DNA of 64,000 nt from Lingula anatina (Eukaryota > Animalia > Brachiopoda), in contig CM120648.1 in NCBI GenBank assembly GCA_051362555.1, positions 10,412,587-10,476,586 of the forward strand, read 5' to 3'. Under the pieces are notes generated by a model. It searched no databases. It worked only from the letters and a program-made list of their open reading frames with translations, and was not told where the DNA came from. Shown piece by piece: positions 1 to 13,165 of this stretch. Both the position numbers and the translations under genes were made by a program. Positions within the stretch are counted from its first letter, which is position 1. Each line of letters starts with the position of its first letter.

Positions 1-82
1 TTAACGATTCAAGACAACTTCTATTTTTCCATATAGGATATATTTACTTCTTGTGTGCCATTCCATTTAGGGACCAGAATCA

Positions 83-315
83 GGGCTCATTCCCAAACGT
101 AGATCGGTCTATGTAGATCGATCCAATACTCGCTGAATGCAATTAGATTAACAGATTAACACCTCTTATTTTGTTTGAAATTATCACTAGCCTTTTTTAT
201 TCTGCTCAAAGCCAGAAGGACGCATTCTCATCTCTTAATTTGATACCATTGAACAATAGTCCCCACGGTGTTGGATCGATCAACGTAGACCGATAGTTGC
301 ATTGGGAATCGGCCC
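83..315. mobile_element. MITE with GGGCTCATTCCCAA-type terminal inverted repeats and GATCGATC subterminal motifs (related short copy at 51580-51712)
   Basis: gggctcattcccaa...tagatcgatccaa pairs with ttggatcgatc...ttgggaatcggccc. Confidence 0.55.
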
Positions 316-979
316 AAAGTAACTGTACTAAAAACAATTTTTGACATTTTACAGCTTTAGTGGATGGTTACGTGCATTTCTTGCAGTTTCACTTATGAGA
401 ATTATACCGTTACCTGAGAAGGCGTTCTGTGCCTTGGAGGCATGAAAGCAGGGAATTTCGGACAAGCGAAAAGCGAAAGAAATTCAAAAGCAAAACCATA
501 ACTAAGGTGGACCCCTTTGCCATCGAACATAACAGAGGGACTAGTGACGAAGTATTAGACGCGCAAGGACAATAATTCCTTACAGTTATAAAAAAGTCAT
601 AAAACATTTTCATTATTAGAAGGAAACTCTCGTTATAAACTCAGTGCATGTATCTTTATTTCGTCTTTTCTTACACATATAAAACTTGATAATATCAATT
701 ACAATGGGTTATACAATATGAGATTAAAAGAAATTAAATACAAAATTAGGGAAAACAAATATTTAGACAAGCTGATTTCAAATGACATGCTTAATTAATA
801 AATGCGCAAGTAATAGAAGGAAAATTTCATAAGAAACTTGTATCATATAACGTAAGACTTAGATCTATCAACTCTTCCATTTTTCATAGATCAAACATTT
901 AGTGACGTTATCAGTGCTGTGACATGAAAATGACTTCATTCAAGCAGATGTATCCCAAATGACGTCATGTTTGTCCAGC

Positions 980-2666
980 TTATGGCACTTGGGAATCTTC
1001 AGTGGTCTCATCTCTCTGGGCATTCAGCTGGCCTCAGTTCTGGTGTGGCACATATGGCTTGCAGGAACTCGCAACTGGAACATATGATGGTATATAAGTA
1101 AAGGTATTCAATGCCCGTCAGATTTTTCTATGGAAAAACAAAGTTAATTTTACTGGAAATATCAGCGATTTTTTTTTCTTTTATCACCATACTCATATTG
1201 TTGAGAAATTCAAGGTTTTTTTAGCCTGCTTTCAGGCTCTTCATTTATAAACTTCTGCTTGTAATGTCTAGAATATTCGCCAATCCATATATCCATTAGC
1301 TTAAAGAAAGTGAAAATATGAAAATTTAAGTAATTTTAAGTAAATATTTTTGGGTGAGAACTGGTTAATTTTCTGTATGTGACATTCCCTCCAAAAGTGA
1401 CTATAGAAAAAGTGACTGCAAATACTTACATATTATTATAGACACCTCCCATGTTGTCACAAATCTTCCTGGCGGGAAGAGCAGGGTCGGAGCAGTCGGC
1501 ATTCTTGATTATCACACATAATTCCTCCTTGCTCGGGAAAAACGGTCTGCGATCTGGGCGTTCATCTTCATCTTCATCCTCGTCTTCATCGTCATCTACC
1601 GGCGTTCCATCAGCGTTGCAATGGAAAGGCTTTTCTGCAGACTCCGAAAGAGGGCAGTTCTTCTCAAGATAGGCACAACTAAACAGAGCGAGCAATGATG
1701 TAGTTTAGTTTTAACTAAATTTAACTAAATTAACTAAATTTAACTATTTAACTAAATTTAATGGAGTCATTTTAGATCATTTTTAAATTAAGCTGATAAA
1801 ACTACCATAAAAACAGACAGACGGCGTTATTTTGACTTCAGTAGTCTTCTGGACCTAACAACGTTCAATTATAATAGAACGTGCTTTTTTGGATTTTTCA
1901 CAAAACCCAATACAGTGGTAAAAGCTCAATTATTTTAAGTATTCCGTCAGGTTAAAAAGTATATTAGTAGAAACATATGATGAATATAATTCAACCTACT
2001 AGTTTCTGTACTGTTCTCCATCCGCGTCACAAAGCAGTTTCTCTCTGAGGGCGCTACAATCCGCTTCACCGACATTATCACAGTTGAGTCTAGGGAATCT
2101 CCCAGATCCTTGTCCAAGCCCACCGGGTCTGAAGCCACGTGGTCTTTTTGGCTTTGCGGCAACGAGGGCGATAACTGGAATAATGAGCACAAGCGTTAAA
2201 TATTGGAACGGACAAATCTAGATAATTTTAAATTGAATAAGAAATCTAAGAAGACCCCCATATACCCTCTGATTTTTCCTTTGGATAACGCTATCGGTTC
2301 TTAGAAATCGTTTCCGCCGTGTAGGGACATTAAAACGTATTTCATGACACAAATCACTGTATCTAAAAGGGTCTGAAAGGTATCAAAAATAAAAGTCCTT
2401 ATGCTTTTTATGATGAAGAATCTTATAGAATGCCTCGCGTTTTATCGGCATCAGTTGCCTCAACAAATATATGTAATTTGCATTTTACTTAAATGCCAGA
2501 GATTTGATACAAATACAATGGTAGCTTTCCCATCTGACTCGGATGGATGTTGTTTTTGAACGAACGTTAAACGCCAGAATAAGAGCATGTTACCACAAAG
2601 AACTAAATAAAAAGAATTAGAAAAATACTTACCACTGAAAACGGCTACAATGGTCAGTACTTTCAT
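980..2666 (-). CDS. Secreted double Kazal-like-domain protein, copy A (acidic linker); exons 2666-2633, 2174-2000, 1678-1430, 1074-980
   Basis: GT-AG introns join in frame to MKVLTIVAVFSVIALVAA (signal peptide)-KPKRPRGFRPGG...-CDNVGEADCSALREKLLCDADGEQYRNYCAYLEKNC...C-DDDEDEDEDEDERPDRRPFF-CVIIKNADC...ICDNMGGVYNNICEFLQAIC...C-ERDETTEDSQVP*. Both domains have 6 Cys with the Kazal-like C-D-x-x-G-x-x-Y-x-N-x-C-x6-C core. Confidence 0.85.
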
Positions 2667-2769
2667 CTTGTCGGTGTGGATACTGGCTTAAAAAGATGAT
2701 CGATGTTGGTATTCTTCTGCGCTTTTCCTCTTCTTTTTTTGTAAGTACTGAATTGAAGTTCGAACCTGC

Positions 2770-2898
2770 TATTTATACAGAAACTTGAGACATATATTTA
2801 ATGCCAGATCCGGAATTGTTCGTAACGAGTACAGATAAGATAAATTTGCGTCCAAGCCAAGGAGGAGTGCTCGTCACGACACAATAGACATGACGTCA
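2770..2898 (-). promoter_or_regulatory. Promoter of copy A: TATAAATA (2770-2777) and full CRE TGACGTCA (2891-2898)
   Basis: Motifs read directly; the same pair with similar spacing occurs in copies C and D. Confidence 0.6.
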
Positions 2899-3845
2899 GC
2901 TAGGGAGATGAAGATATTGATTTCATAGCGTGAGAAAAGGGGGTTTTCTCGCATGTAGAGTGGTTCAAAGGTCTGCGTATTTTGTCCATATTGAATTCTA
3001 TTGTTCACCTCTTAAAAGCACATGCGAAATTATGAAGATAGGTTCATGAAACATTGGTAGAAACACGATCGCTAAGGGTTGCTGCTTTCGGAAGGATCCA
3101 CGTTTGCCCCTTGATCCATGTTCATATATGTAAATGGATCTTATCTGTGGACTATATTTACTGCACTATGGTGATCAAACTTTTGATACCCCCTCTAATA
3201 CGCGAACCGTGACTACAACAATCCGCAACGGGCCGTGAAAGCATAGGGACGTCGAATGATGTGTATGACAGCCTGCACGCGCGTCTTGAAACAAAACTAT
3301 GACGGTAGGGTATTGTCATAAACTATATCAACAAAATAATATCATTATAACAATAGGTGCTTTGAACGATGATTTACCCAGGATGTTTTTGTTATTATTT
3401 TTTGTCGGATGAAACTTGTCGGATCACTGAAGAGATGCTTTCCAGTTCACCTAATAATTTCCTTTACTTCTTTAATGGACATGTGCGTTACAAGGCTGTG
3501 TTTAATAAATATTTTATATTTTTAGATATTACAAATGCTGTAAAGGTCTTGAAATGTCGAACTTATAGCATTATTTGAATTATCCGGCAAATAATAATAA
3601 ATAAATAAATAAATAAATAAATGAATAAATAAATAAATAAATAAAATAAATACCGTGTATCTCTAAAAGCAAAATAAAGCTGAAAATATGGTGAAAAATG
3701 TCAGGAGAGTAACATTTTTCAGCTGCAAATGATTTCAACCTTATTAATATATTACATTATTTATATATCGTCTTAGCTGCTTGCTAACTAACGTTGTCCT
3801 TGCTGTCCATTGGCAAGAACTCAATTCATTTATTTTTACTTTTTT

Positions 3846-3876
<31 letters not shown>

Positions 3877-4029
3877 TATTTATTTTTTTTTTTTTTTGCG
3901 AAATTGTTATCTTTATATAACCGATTCTAAAATAATCCTTTAGAGCACAGACTATACATTTGCACCAGAATTTGTCATGCCGGGTTGATCAATCACACCC
4001 ACTTCCCTTTTTTGGTAAACATATGAACC

Positions 4030-4446
4030 GCACTGGGGCAAGTCGGCCCTAGCGTCGGGGCAAGTTTGCACCCTATACTAAAATGAAGTAAGTATCCCAT
4101 GTAAACGCCTTGAAATACCCTTGATGCCTATACATATACTATATTCGATCAAAAGCTTATGAAAATAGATTTAAAGTCTCTTTAATAAAATTATGGAGCC
4201 TACTCTAAGATGCTAAATTCTTTCATGTGGACTCATTGCCTAAATAAAACTTCTTTACGACCGACGCTTTCTAAGCATTATTATCTATATTGGACATGGT
4301 CACTTTACTAAATGATGTGATCAATTTTTACCCCATAGTAACCTTTTCATAAATTGTTGGTGGTGGTGGTGGTGGTGGTGGTGGGGGGGGGGGGGGGGGG
4401 GGGGGGCAACTCACCACGGGGTCCAACTAGCCCCGGTATCCCCTAT
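4030..4446. mobile_element. Remnant of a pogo/Tigger-like non-autonomous element just upstream of pseudogene exon 3
   Basis: Repeated GGGGCAAGT/GGGGCAACT motifs ending ...caactagccccggtatccccTA, which resembles TA-targeting MITE termini. The family assignment is inferred. Confidence 0.4.
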
Positions 4447-4486
4447 ATAAACGTATCGTTCAATCAATCAATTTTTTTCTATATAG

Positions 4487-5805
4487 TTCTGCCTATCTTG
4501 AGAAAAACTGCCCTCTTTCGGAGTCTGTAGAAAAGCCTTTCCGTTGCAACGCTGAAATAAACTCCTCTAGATAAAGATGGACATGAAGAAGAAGGTGAAG
4601 AAGAAGATGAAGACGATCGCCCAGATAGCAGGCCGTTTTTCCCGGAACAAGAGGGAATTGTGTGTTCTGATTAAAGATGCTGTCTGCTCCGACCCTGCTC
4701 TTCCCGTCAGGAAGACTTGTTACAGCCTGGGCGGTGTCTATAATAATATTAATAATATGTAAGTACATACAGCTCATTTGAAATGATAATCTTGCAGTCA
4801 CAAGCAAAGACACAGCCACACGTAGTAAGTAAATTGTCAAAATCTTAAAGTGGTTGCTACCACGGGCGGTGTGAAGAGTGAACGCTCGCGTGAACATGAG
4901 AACATGTGCTTCCGTTTCCGGGGATTGAGGGGAGTTGTTATTTAATTTTATGAGCCCCTTGCAAATATTAATTTATTTATTTCTGCTGAGGTATATCTTA
5001 ATTTTGTGTCTTACCGCTCACCCCATTTAGTTGAGATATTGGTAACGATTACAACACTTTTAAGTGAACAGCGATGTTAGGAAATTCTTTTCTGTAGGTG
5101 CAAGAGGCTAACACTTATACATGGAGACAAGGCATGGAGCAAACGTCACCCACTCACTCACTCACCCCATCAATTTCAGTTATCTTCTTTTACATCAAAT
5201 AAAGTTAATAAACCCAATCAATGTTTATTCGCCCGTGAGCATGAATACCCGACACGCTTTCTAGCGAATTGTGCTGGTACATATCTGTGCTCCCTTCATT
5301 GGCTCAGTTACGGTACTTTTCCGAGGAATCTTCCAGCTTCATTTTTTCAACTAAATTCCCGCCTTCTTGATCCTGTTATATGCGCGTCATGATTTGCTTT
5401 TCCTTTTTTTCCTGGAGGGAGGGGGGACACATACATTCAACCAACCAGAACCTAAAACCTACCACTATAATTGACAAGTTTCGAATTATAAACTCTCCTA
5501 GGGGAGAAATGAATTTTACTCGTGACGGTTGGATTGTAGAAATTGAAAGCAAAGTCACAGAACAGGATTTTTTCGTGAGTTTTGGATGTGGTGATAAAAA
5601 GAAAATCTATTTTGTTTTCCTTTATTAAGTTCTGACGGACATTGCATGCTAATGCTTATAAACCATGAAATATTGCAGTTGCGAGTACCTGCAAGCCAAA
5701 TGTGCAACAATGGGACTGAAGCCAGCTGAATGCCCAAAGCCAGAGTCCCCTGACGTCACACAGTCTCCTAGAGATGAGACCACTGAAGATTCCCAAGTGC
5801 CATAA
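4487..5805 (+). pseudogene. Kazal-like cluster copy B: only exon 3 (4487-4758) and exon 4 (5679-5805) remain
   Basis: Homologous to exons 3-4 of the other copies. It has a Cys->Ser at YCAY, a frameshift giving TAA at 4572-4574 and a second frameshift near 4644. Exons 1-2 are not found; a transposon-like end sits just upstream. Confidence 0.8.
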
Positions 5806-7152
5806 ACGGGACACTCATGACGTCATTTGGGATGCATTTGGTTTAGTGACTTAATCTTCACGTCACAGCGCTGATGACGTCACTGAATGTTTCATGTGTG
5901 AAAATGGAAGAGCTGATAGACCAAAGTCTTACGTTCAACAACGCCAGTTAGTGTTATGGTTGACAAGATTTATACATTGATCTCAAATACGTCTCTCTTT
6001 TTAATCAACGTTGCGAAATAATCGTTATCCCAGACTTGACATCTTATTTGGTTCTTCATTCTGTTAATTTATTGTAATTTATGATTTATGTAATTTTATA
6101 GGGACATGACAAATTCAAAGTACAGGCCAGTCTTTGCATTTGTTTATGTAATGGTTTTGATAAGGGAAACAAAGAAATAAAGAAAGAGTAATTGGATTTA
6201 TGGCGTTATTTATCTTTAAATGGTGAAAAAAGGTTTATGACTTCTTATGATATTGAGGTAAAGAGGTGACTCATGTTTTCTTTACCACAATTCACCTTTG
6301 TTATAATTTTGCCTTTCTAAATAAATTGCTTTTTATTGGACAAAAATTCCATGCCTTCATTCAAGAAGTTGTAAAGAGACTTTACAACTTATGGCTTCAT
6401 TCAACTAAGGCAAACGACACATTTCAAATAAGGCAATATATTATCTTTAGTGAAATTGCAAAAATTGTACGTATCACAATAACTTTGAATTCATAATAAT
6501 TACCACGACAAACGGGAGCATAGTCATCTATAGAGGTCACGTGGTCCAATGACAAGCACAGATGTCAAAATAATTGCTCTAACTGCCATTTTGTGGTAAA
6601 ATAATAAACTGTATTTCTATGAGTTGTTTACAATGTATTTATTGTGAAATATAGATCTCATAAGAAGAGTTGTTATCCCTTTATGATTTACAGAAGACTA
6701 GATGTAACTACCGTAGACATTAATCTACATGTATGTGCCAAGGCACACATAATTTTATAAATTTTAGATGGGAGATTCCTTCAATTTCATATGGCATTAC
6801 GGTCAGAGACAGCGAGGCTACCAACTTGTCATCATGCATGTATCATGAATTTAAACACAAATTATACAACTTTACAGGCACCTTTATTTCACATTATTCT
6901 TGTTTATTTATTTAAAATTGTGATCAACTCGTCACTTTATTACAAAAGACAGCACTTTGACAATTATCTGTTATGTTGTTAGCCGCACCCTGATACACAA
7001 ACTATTAAAGGAGTTTTTAGGAGTTTTGTCTTCTAAAATTGATTCATTCTCAAATTTAGAATAAAAATGCAGGGAAACTCTTGGATTGCACTTCCACGCA
7101 TTATGTTTGCAGTTCAGTCCTCTACCTGGTGTATCTCCCAGCCCCAGTTTCA

Positions 7153-7205
<53 letters not shown>

Positions 7206-8007
7206 AAAGCCAGTTCCCTGGCTTAGTTGACTAGGGCGAGTATGGGCGAGTTATGGAATCGAGACGCTTGCACACGTGCGCAACTTAGCGATTTCGAACC
7301 TTTCGAGATACGGAGCCCAGGGCAACGTTTGCAACGTTTCCGTATAATCAACAGCTTTTTTGTACTCTACTCAATGCCATGAAGGCGTAATCTCTTCATC
7401 TGATTGCATTCATCGAAAGCAGGGAATTTCGGAAGAGTGAAAAATTATAAATCAAAATCATAACTAATGTGACCCCTTTGCACTAGCGCATACCAGAGAG
7501 GCTCTTGGCGAAAGTATGGGTCGCGCTCGGGAAATATTTGCCCAAAGATTATAAAAAGTTATAAGACCTTTTAATTATTAGAAGGAAACTCTCATTATAA
7601 ATTCGATGAATATGTCTTTATTACTTCTTTGCTCACACGTATAAAACGTTTATATCATCAATTACAAAAAGTGACCTGCACTTTGAATTTGGGCACGTCG
7701 CTCAAAATCATACAGATCATACAATATGACACTAACAGAAGTGAAAACAAAATTGGATGCACATTTTTAGGGATAACGAATCTTCAGCAAAGCAGGTATT
7801 AAATGTTATCAGTCATGTTTCAAATTTCATGCTTAAAACAGACAAGTGAAAAAGGAAAAATGAGTGACTGGTTTCATTTAACCGTAAGACTTTGGTCTAT
7901 CAGCTCCATTTTTCATACATCAAACACAAGTGACGTCATCAGCTCCGTGAAATGAACGTGAATTCAGTCAAGCAGATGTATCCAAAATGCCGTCATGTGT
8001 GTCCAGC

Positions 8008-9771
8008 CTATGGCACTTGGGAATCTTCAGTGGTCTCATCTCCAGGAGACTGTGTGACGTCAGGGGCCTCTGTGGTCGGCTCTGGACATTCAGCTGGCCT
8101 CAGTTCTGGTGTGGCACATTTGGCTTGCAGGAACTCGCAACTGCAATATATGATGGTATAAAAGTAAAGGTATTCAATACCCGTCATATCTTTCTTTGGC
8201 AAAACAAAATGAATTTTACTAAAAAATACCAGGAATTTGTTTTATCACCATACTCATATTGTCTAGGAATTTTTAAGCCAGCTTTCAAGCTCTGTATTTC
8301 AATTGTTCTCTTTTACTGTCTAGATATTTTCACCAATCCATATCTCCGCTATCCTAAAAAGAGTTACTTAAAATGCGAAATTTTACTTGTCAATTATTCC
8401 TTGTCAAATCAATGGCACGGTCAAGGTAGATTGGGGTATATTTTGTAAAATCATTATTATATTTTTTATTATTATTTAAAGGGTTTGGGGTTGGGCGAGT
8501 ACTGGTTGATTTTCTGTATGTGACATCCCCTCCAAAAATGACTATAGAATAAGTGACTGCAAATACTTACATATTATTATAGACACCTCCCATGTTGTCA
8601 CAAATCTTCCTGGCGGGAAGAGCAGGGTCGGAGCAGTCGGCATTCTTGATCAGAACACACAATTCCCTCTTGTTCGGGAAAAATGGTCTACGATCTGGCC
8701 GTCTGTCTGGGCGTTCCTCTCTAGCTAGGGGACTTCCATCAGCGTTGCAACGGAAAGGCTTTTCTGCAGACTCCGAAAGAGGGCAGTTCTTCTCAAGATA
8801 GGCACAACTAAACAGAAAATTCAATGATTTATTGTTTAGTTTTTACATATATAAATATCTAACAAAACTTTCTGATGCTTATAGAATTAGTTGATAAAAC
8901 TGCCATACAATCCGGCAGACGGCGTTATTTTGACTTCAGTAGTCTTCTGGACCTAACTACGGTCAATTATGATAACAAGTGTTTTTCTGGATTTTTCCTA
9001 AACCTTTACAATGGTAAACATGAAAGTACAATTCCGTCAACTTAAGAAGTATATAAATTGATACCTATGATGAATATAATTGAACCTACTAGTTTCTGTA
9101 TTGTTCTCCGTTCTCGTCACATAGCTGTTTCTCTTTGAGCGCGCTACAATCCACTTCACCGACATTATCACAGTTGAGTTTAGGAAATCTTCCCGATCCT
9201 CGTCCAAACCCACGTGGTCTGCCGTCACGTGGTTTGTTTGGCTTGGCGGCAGCGAGTGCGATAACTGAAATAGTTACCAAAAGCATAAAGAAAAATAAAT
9301 GTATTTAATACGAAATTTCACGAGACCCCCTTATATGTAGGCTTACTCCCTGTATTTTGCTTTGGATATCACTTTTGGATTTTACAAATCGACATTGCCA
9401 CACGGGTACATTACAAACATTTTATAATACAAAATCACTGCATATAGAAGGGCCTGAAACGTACCCAAAAATAACCATTTCAAAAGTCCTTAGGCTTTTT
9501 ATGGTATAGAATCCTATAGGCCTAAAGGGCTTCGCGTTTATCTGCATCTGTAACCTTATCAAAATACTTAACATCTTACCTAGATGCCAAATATTAGAAA
9601 TATGCAAAATGGTAGCACATATTTCATCTGTCTATGATGATTAGAGTGTATTTGAACGTCAAACACCAGAAGAAGAGCATGTTACCACAAAGAACTAAAT
9701 AGAAAGAATTAAAAAAAAGAAAGAATAAAAAACGTACCACTGAAAACGGCTACAATGATCAGTACTCTCAT
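8008..9771 (-). CDS. Secreted double Kazal-like-domain protein, copy C (Arg-rich linker); exons 9771-9738, 9264-9090, 8807-8571, 8140-8008
   Basis: Same exon phases and 34/175-nt exons 1/2 as copy A. Reads MRVLIIVAVFSVIALAAAKPNKPRDGRPRG...; linker AREERPDRRPDRRPFF; tail PEPTTEAPDVTQSPGDETTEDSQVP*. Confidence 0.85.
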
Positions 9772-9874
9772 CTTGTCGGTATGGAAACTAGCTTTCTAAT
9801 ATGATCGATGCTGGTATTCTTCTGCTCGTTTTCTCTTCTCCTTTCGTAAGTACTGAATCGAAGTTTGAACCTGC

Positions 9875-10004
9875 TATTTATACAAAAACTTGGGACATAT
9901 ATTTAATGCCACATCCGGAATTGTTCGTAACCATTACAGATAAAATCAAATTTGCGTCCAAGCCAAGGGGGAGTGCTCGTCACGACACACGAGGAGTGAC
10001 GTCA
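9875..10004 (-). promoter_or_regulatory. Promoter of copy C: TATAAATA (9875-9882) and CRE (9997-10004)
   Basis: Motifs read directly; homologous to the copy A promoter. Confidence 0.6.
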
Positions 10005-11418
10005 GCTAGGGAGAAGAAGATAGAGATCTTGCAACGATCAAAGAAACAAGGGGTGTCCCAGTTTGCAGAGTGGTTCCAAGTTTTTTGTATTTTGTCCACA
10101 TTGGATTGAAGACCGTACAAAGTTCCAATTCTCTTCTGAAATAAAAAAAAAATGACATTGGATTTTCAAATTTTTTGTAAAATTTTGTAGCTTTCAAACA
10201 ATTCAAGAAACGATGCTTTAGGGATGGTTGACTACTGGACTCTTTCTCTCTTCTAATTTTATTTGTTTGCCTATGTGAGAAAGAGCTAACAAAAATAATA
10301 AGAAATATAATCATATGTAACATCATTTTCCCGGCCGGGGAGACTGTAGGTGATATACTGTATAAATAATGTGACCCACTAAAAGTCATAATTCGAATTT
10401 TTTTCAATGCATATCTCTAAGAAAGAATGGTGCATGTGTCCGTACTGAAAGAAAATGGGGGTCGAGTAGCGGTGCACGGGGCAAGCTGATCGATGCTGAG
10501 GGTTTTATGCAGAAATCAAGATTTATACGAGTCGAGTAGTACAATGTAGCCTAGAAGTCAGAGAATAAATATTCAGCTGTGTTATATTATAAGAATAAAT
10601 ATTTTTCTAGTGTGTTTTGATGACTGTTTCTATACTATTTTGATTTTATTAACCCGTAGTCGCGCGTTCTTTTTCGCAAGCATCTCTTTGTACAACAACT
10701 CTGGCGTACAGTGCATCCAATTTAGCGAGTTTCTTTACGTGATTCTTAAAAAAACAACAACAACTACAACAACAACAACAAAAAAAAAAAAAAAAAAGAC
10801 TTTGATCAGCTAAACTACGTTGTGACACACAATTTTGCTATATGTGCCTTTTAGATGAATCAATCAATTACGATGACAGACGACCGTTCAGTGATCCTGT
10901 GTTTCTCCGACACGAAAATCAGAACAAAAAGTCAGGGTAAACCACGGTACAAATCGCAGCTTGTCATATTAATATTCATTTATTGTCAAAGCACATGATT
11001 AAAGAACCGAGTGTCATAGTTTTGCTTCAAGACTCGCGTGCAGGCTATCATCATTTATTGCCCTCGGGCTTTCACGGCTCGTTGCGGATTGTTTTAGTCA
11101 CAGTTCGCGTATTACAGGGGGCATCAAAAGTTCGTTTACCATAGTGAGGTAAATATATTCCCACATATAAGATCCATATACATATATTTACGTGGATCCA
11201 GGGGCAAGACCACCCTTCTTTTGATAGCAACAACCCCAAGCGATATTGTTTCCGCCAGTGTTTCATGACCCTATATTTTGCATATGACCTTAAGACTTGA
11301 AAAATAGAACAAGGACAAAATATGTTATCATTTGAACCACTCTGCACCGGGCTAGGGTACCTCTTTTCGTAAATCGTTGTTAGATTGCAATCTCCATATA
11401 GGTTTATTTGTGTCTCTC

Positions 11419-11541
11419 TGACGTCACGCTTCGTGTTTCAGGACTAACACTCCCCCACGTCTTGGACGCAAATTTTTATCTGTTGTCGTGACCAAAACGT
11501 ATCTATAAATATAAATTATGTTCACAATTTCTGTATAAATA
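11419..11541 (+). promoter_or_regulatory. Promoter of copy D: CRE (11419-11426) and TATAAATA (11534-11541)
   Basis: Both motifs are kept although the surrounding sequence has diverged from A and C. Confidence 0.6.
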
Positions 11542-11643
11542 GCTAGTTCAAACTTCAGTCCAGTACTTACAAAAAAGACGAAGAGAAGAGCAGAAGAATA
11601 CCAGCATCGATCAACTTTATCGGCTAGTTTCCATACCAACAAA

Positions 11644-13114
11644 ATGAAAGTTCTGATCATTGTAGCCGTTTTCAGTGGTAAGCTTTTAATTATTTATTTT
11701 AAACTATTTATTTATTTATTCTTTTATGTAGCGTGCTGTTATTCTAGTGTTAAATGTTCGATCACAACGTATTCATCCTAGTAAAATGAAAAAAATATAC
11801 ATATAGTTCAACTCTCAAACAGCTTAGCAAAATGCAAAATATTTTGATGAGATGCAGATGGAACGTGACGTATTTTCAATCATACAAAGTTGGGAACGTT
11901 AAAAATGGTTCTTCTGTTGCTCTTCACGCATAAGACCAATTTAGTCACATTAATTTATATATTCTAGAATACTTTTAAATGTGTTGATATAGAAATTGCG
12001 AATTGAAAAAAATAAATGAATAAAAAACATATATGCAGGTCTTATAAAATTTATATTACATAAAAAATCCAGATTTGTGCACTTGATTTTTTTAACCTTT
12101 GTGCTACTTTTTCCAGTTATCGCACTTGTTGCTGCAAAGCCAAACAAACCACGTGACTTCAGACGCGGTGGGTTTGGACAGGGATTGGGAAGGTTCCCTA
12201 AACTCAACTGTGATAATGTCGGAGAAGTGGATTGTAGCGCGCTGAAAGAGAAACAGCTTTGTGACCAGAACGGAGAACAGTACAGAAACTAGTAAGTTAA
12301 TTATCTTCGTCCTATGTTTCACTTTAGATATTTCCTAAGTTGACGGAATTCATAGAAAAAACTTCGTCTGTTGTACAACTTTTACTATAGCATTGTTCCT
12401 AATTAATGAACAGTCAGAAAAGTTAATTTACCATTGGCTATTCGATCCAGACATCAACTGACACCTAAATGGTAGGCCTACCGTTGGGTGGGTGGGTGGG
12501 TGGGTAGGTGAGGGGTAATGGGGTGCCTCACATTTACCACGATAAATAATATAAACGTTTCACTTATCTCTGGAAATAAAGAAAGTTGCTTTCATGGGTA
12601 ACGAAAATACCCAGTGGGACTCTCTTCAACATTACGTCGAGTGCAAATTTTCTGGCAGTTCTTTTAAGTGAATTCGGACGTATCTTCTCCCCTTTTGTCA
12701 AGCTACCTTAAAAAGACCTAACATGACTCAGACAATTTTGAAATGGTTAAATATGAAAATTTAATAACACATCGTTCAATCGATCAATTTTTTCTGTTTA
12801 GTTGTGCCTATCTTGAGAAGAACTGCCCTCTTTCGGAGTCTGCAGAAAAGCCTTTCCGTTGCAACGCTGATGGAAATCCCCTAGCTAGAGAGGAACGCCC
12901 AGACAGACGGCTAGAGCGTAGACCGTTTTTTCCGAACAAGAGGGAATTGTGTGTTCTGATAAAAAATGCTGACTGCTCCGACCCTGCTCTTCCCGCCAGG
13001 AAGATTTGTGACAACATGGACGGTGTTTATAATAATATGTAAGTATTTGCAGACACTTTTTCTATTGTCATTTTTGGAGGGAATGTCACATACAGCACTC
13101 TCCCAACCCCTTAA

Positions 13115-13165
<51 letters not shown>

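Noticed and set aside
1700-1760. Short TTAACTAAAT tandem array as a CRISPR-like or regulatory array
   Set aside because: It has no spacers; it is a simple intronic minisatellite in eukaryotic DNA.
1451-13017. Repeated ORFs MLSQIFLAGRAGSEQSAF... (1451, 8592, 12808) and 4493-4897
   Set aside because: They are antisense shadows of the Kazal-like exon 3 and are conserved only because the sense strand is.
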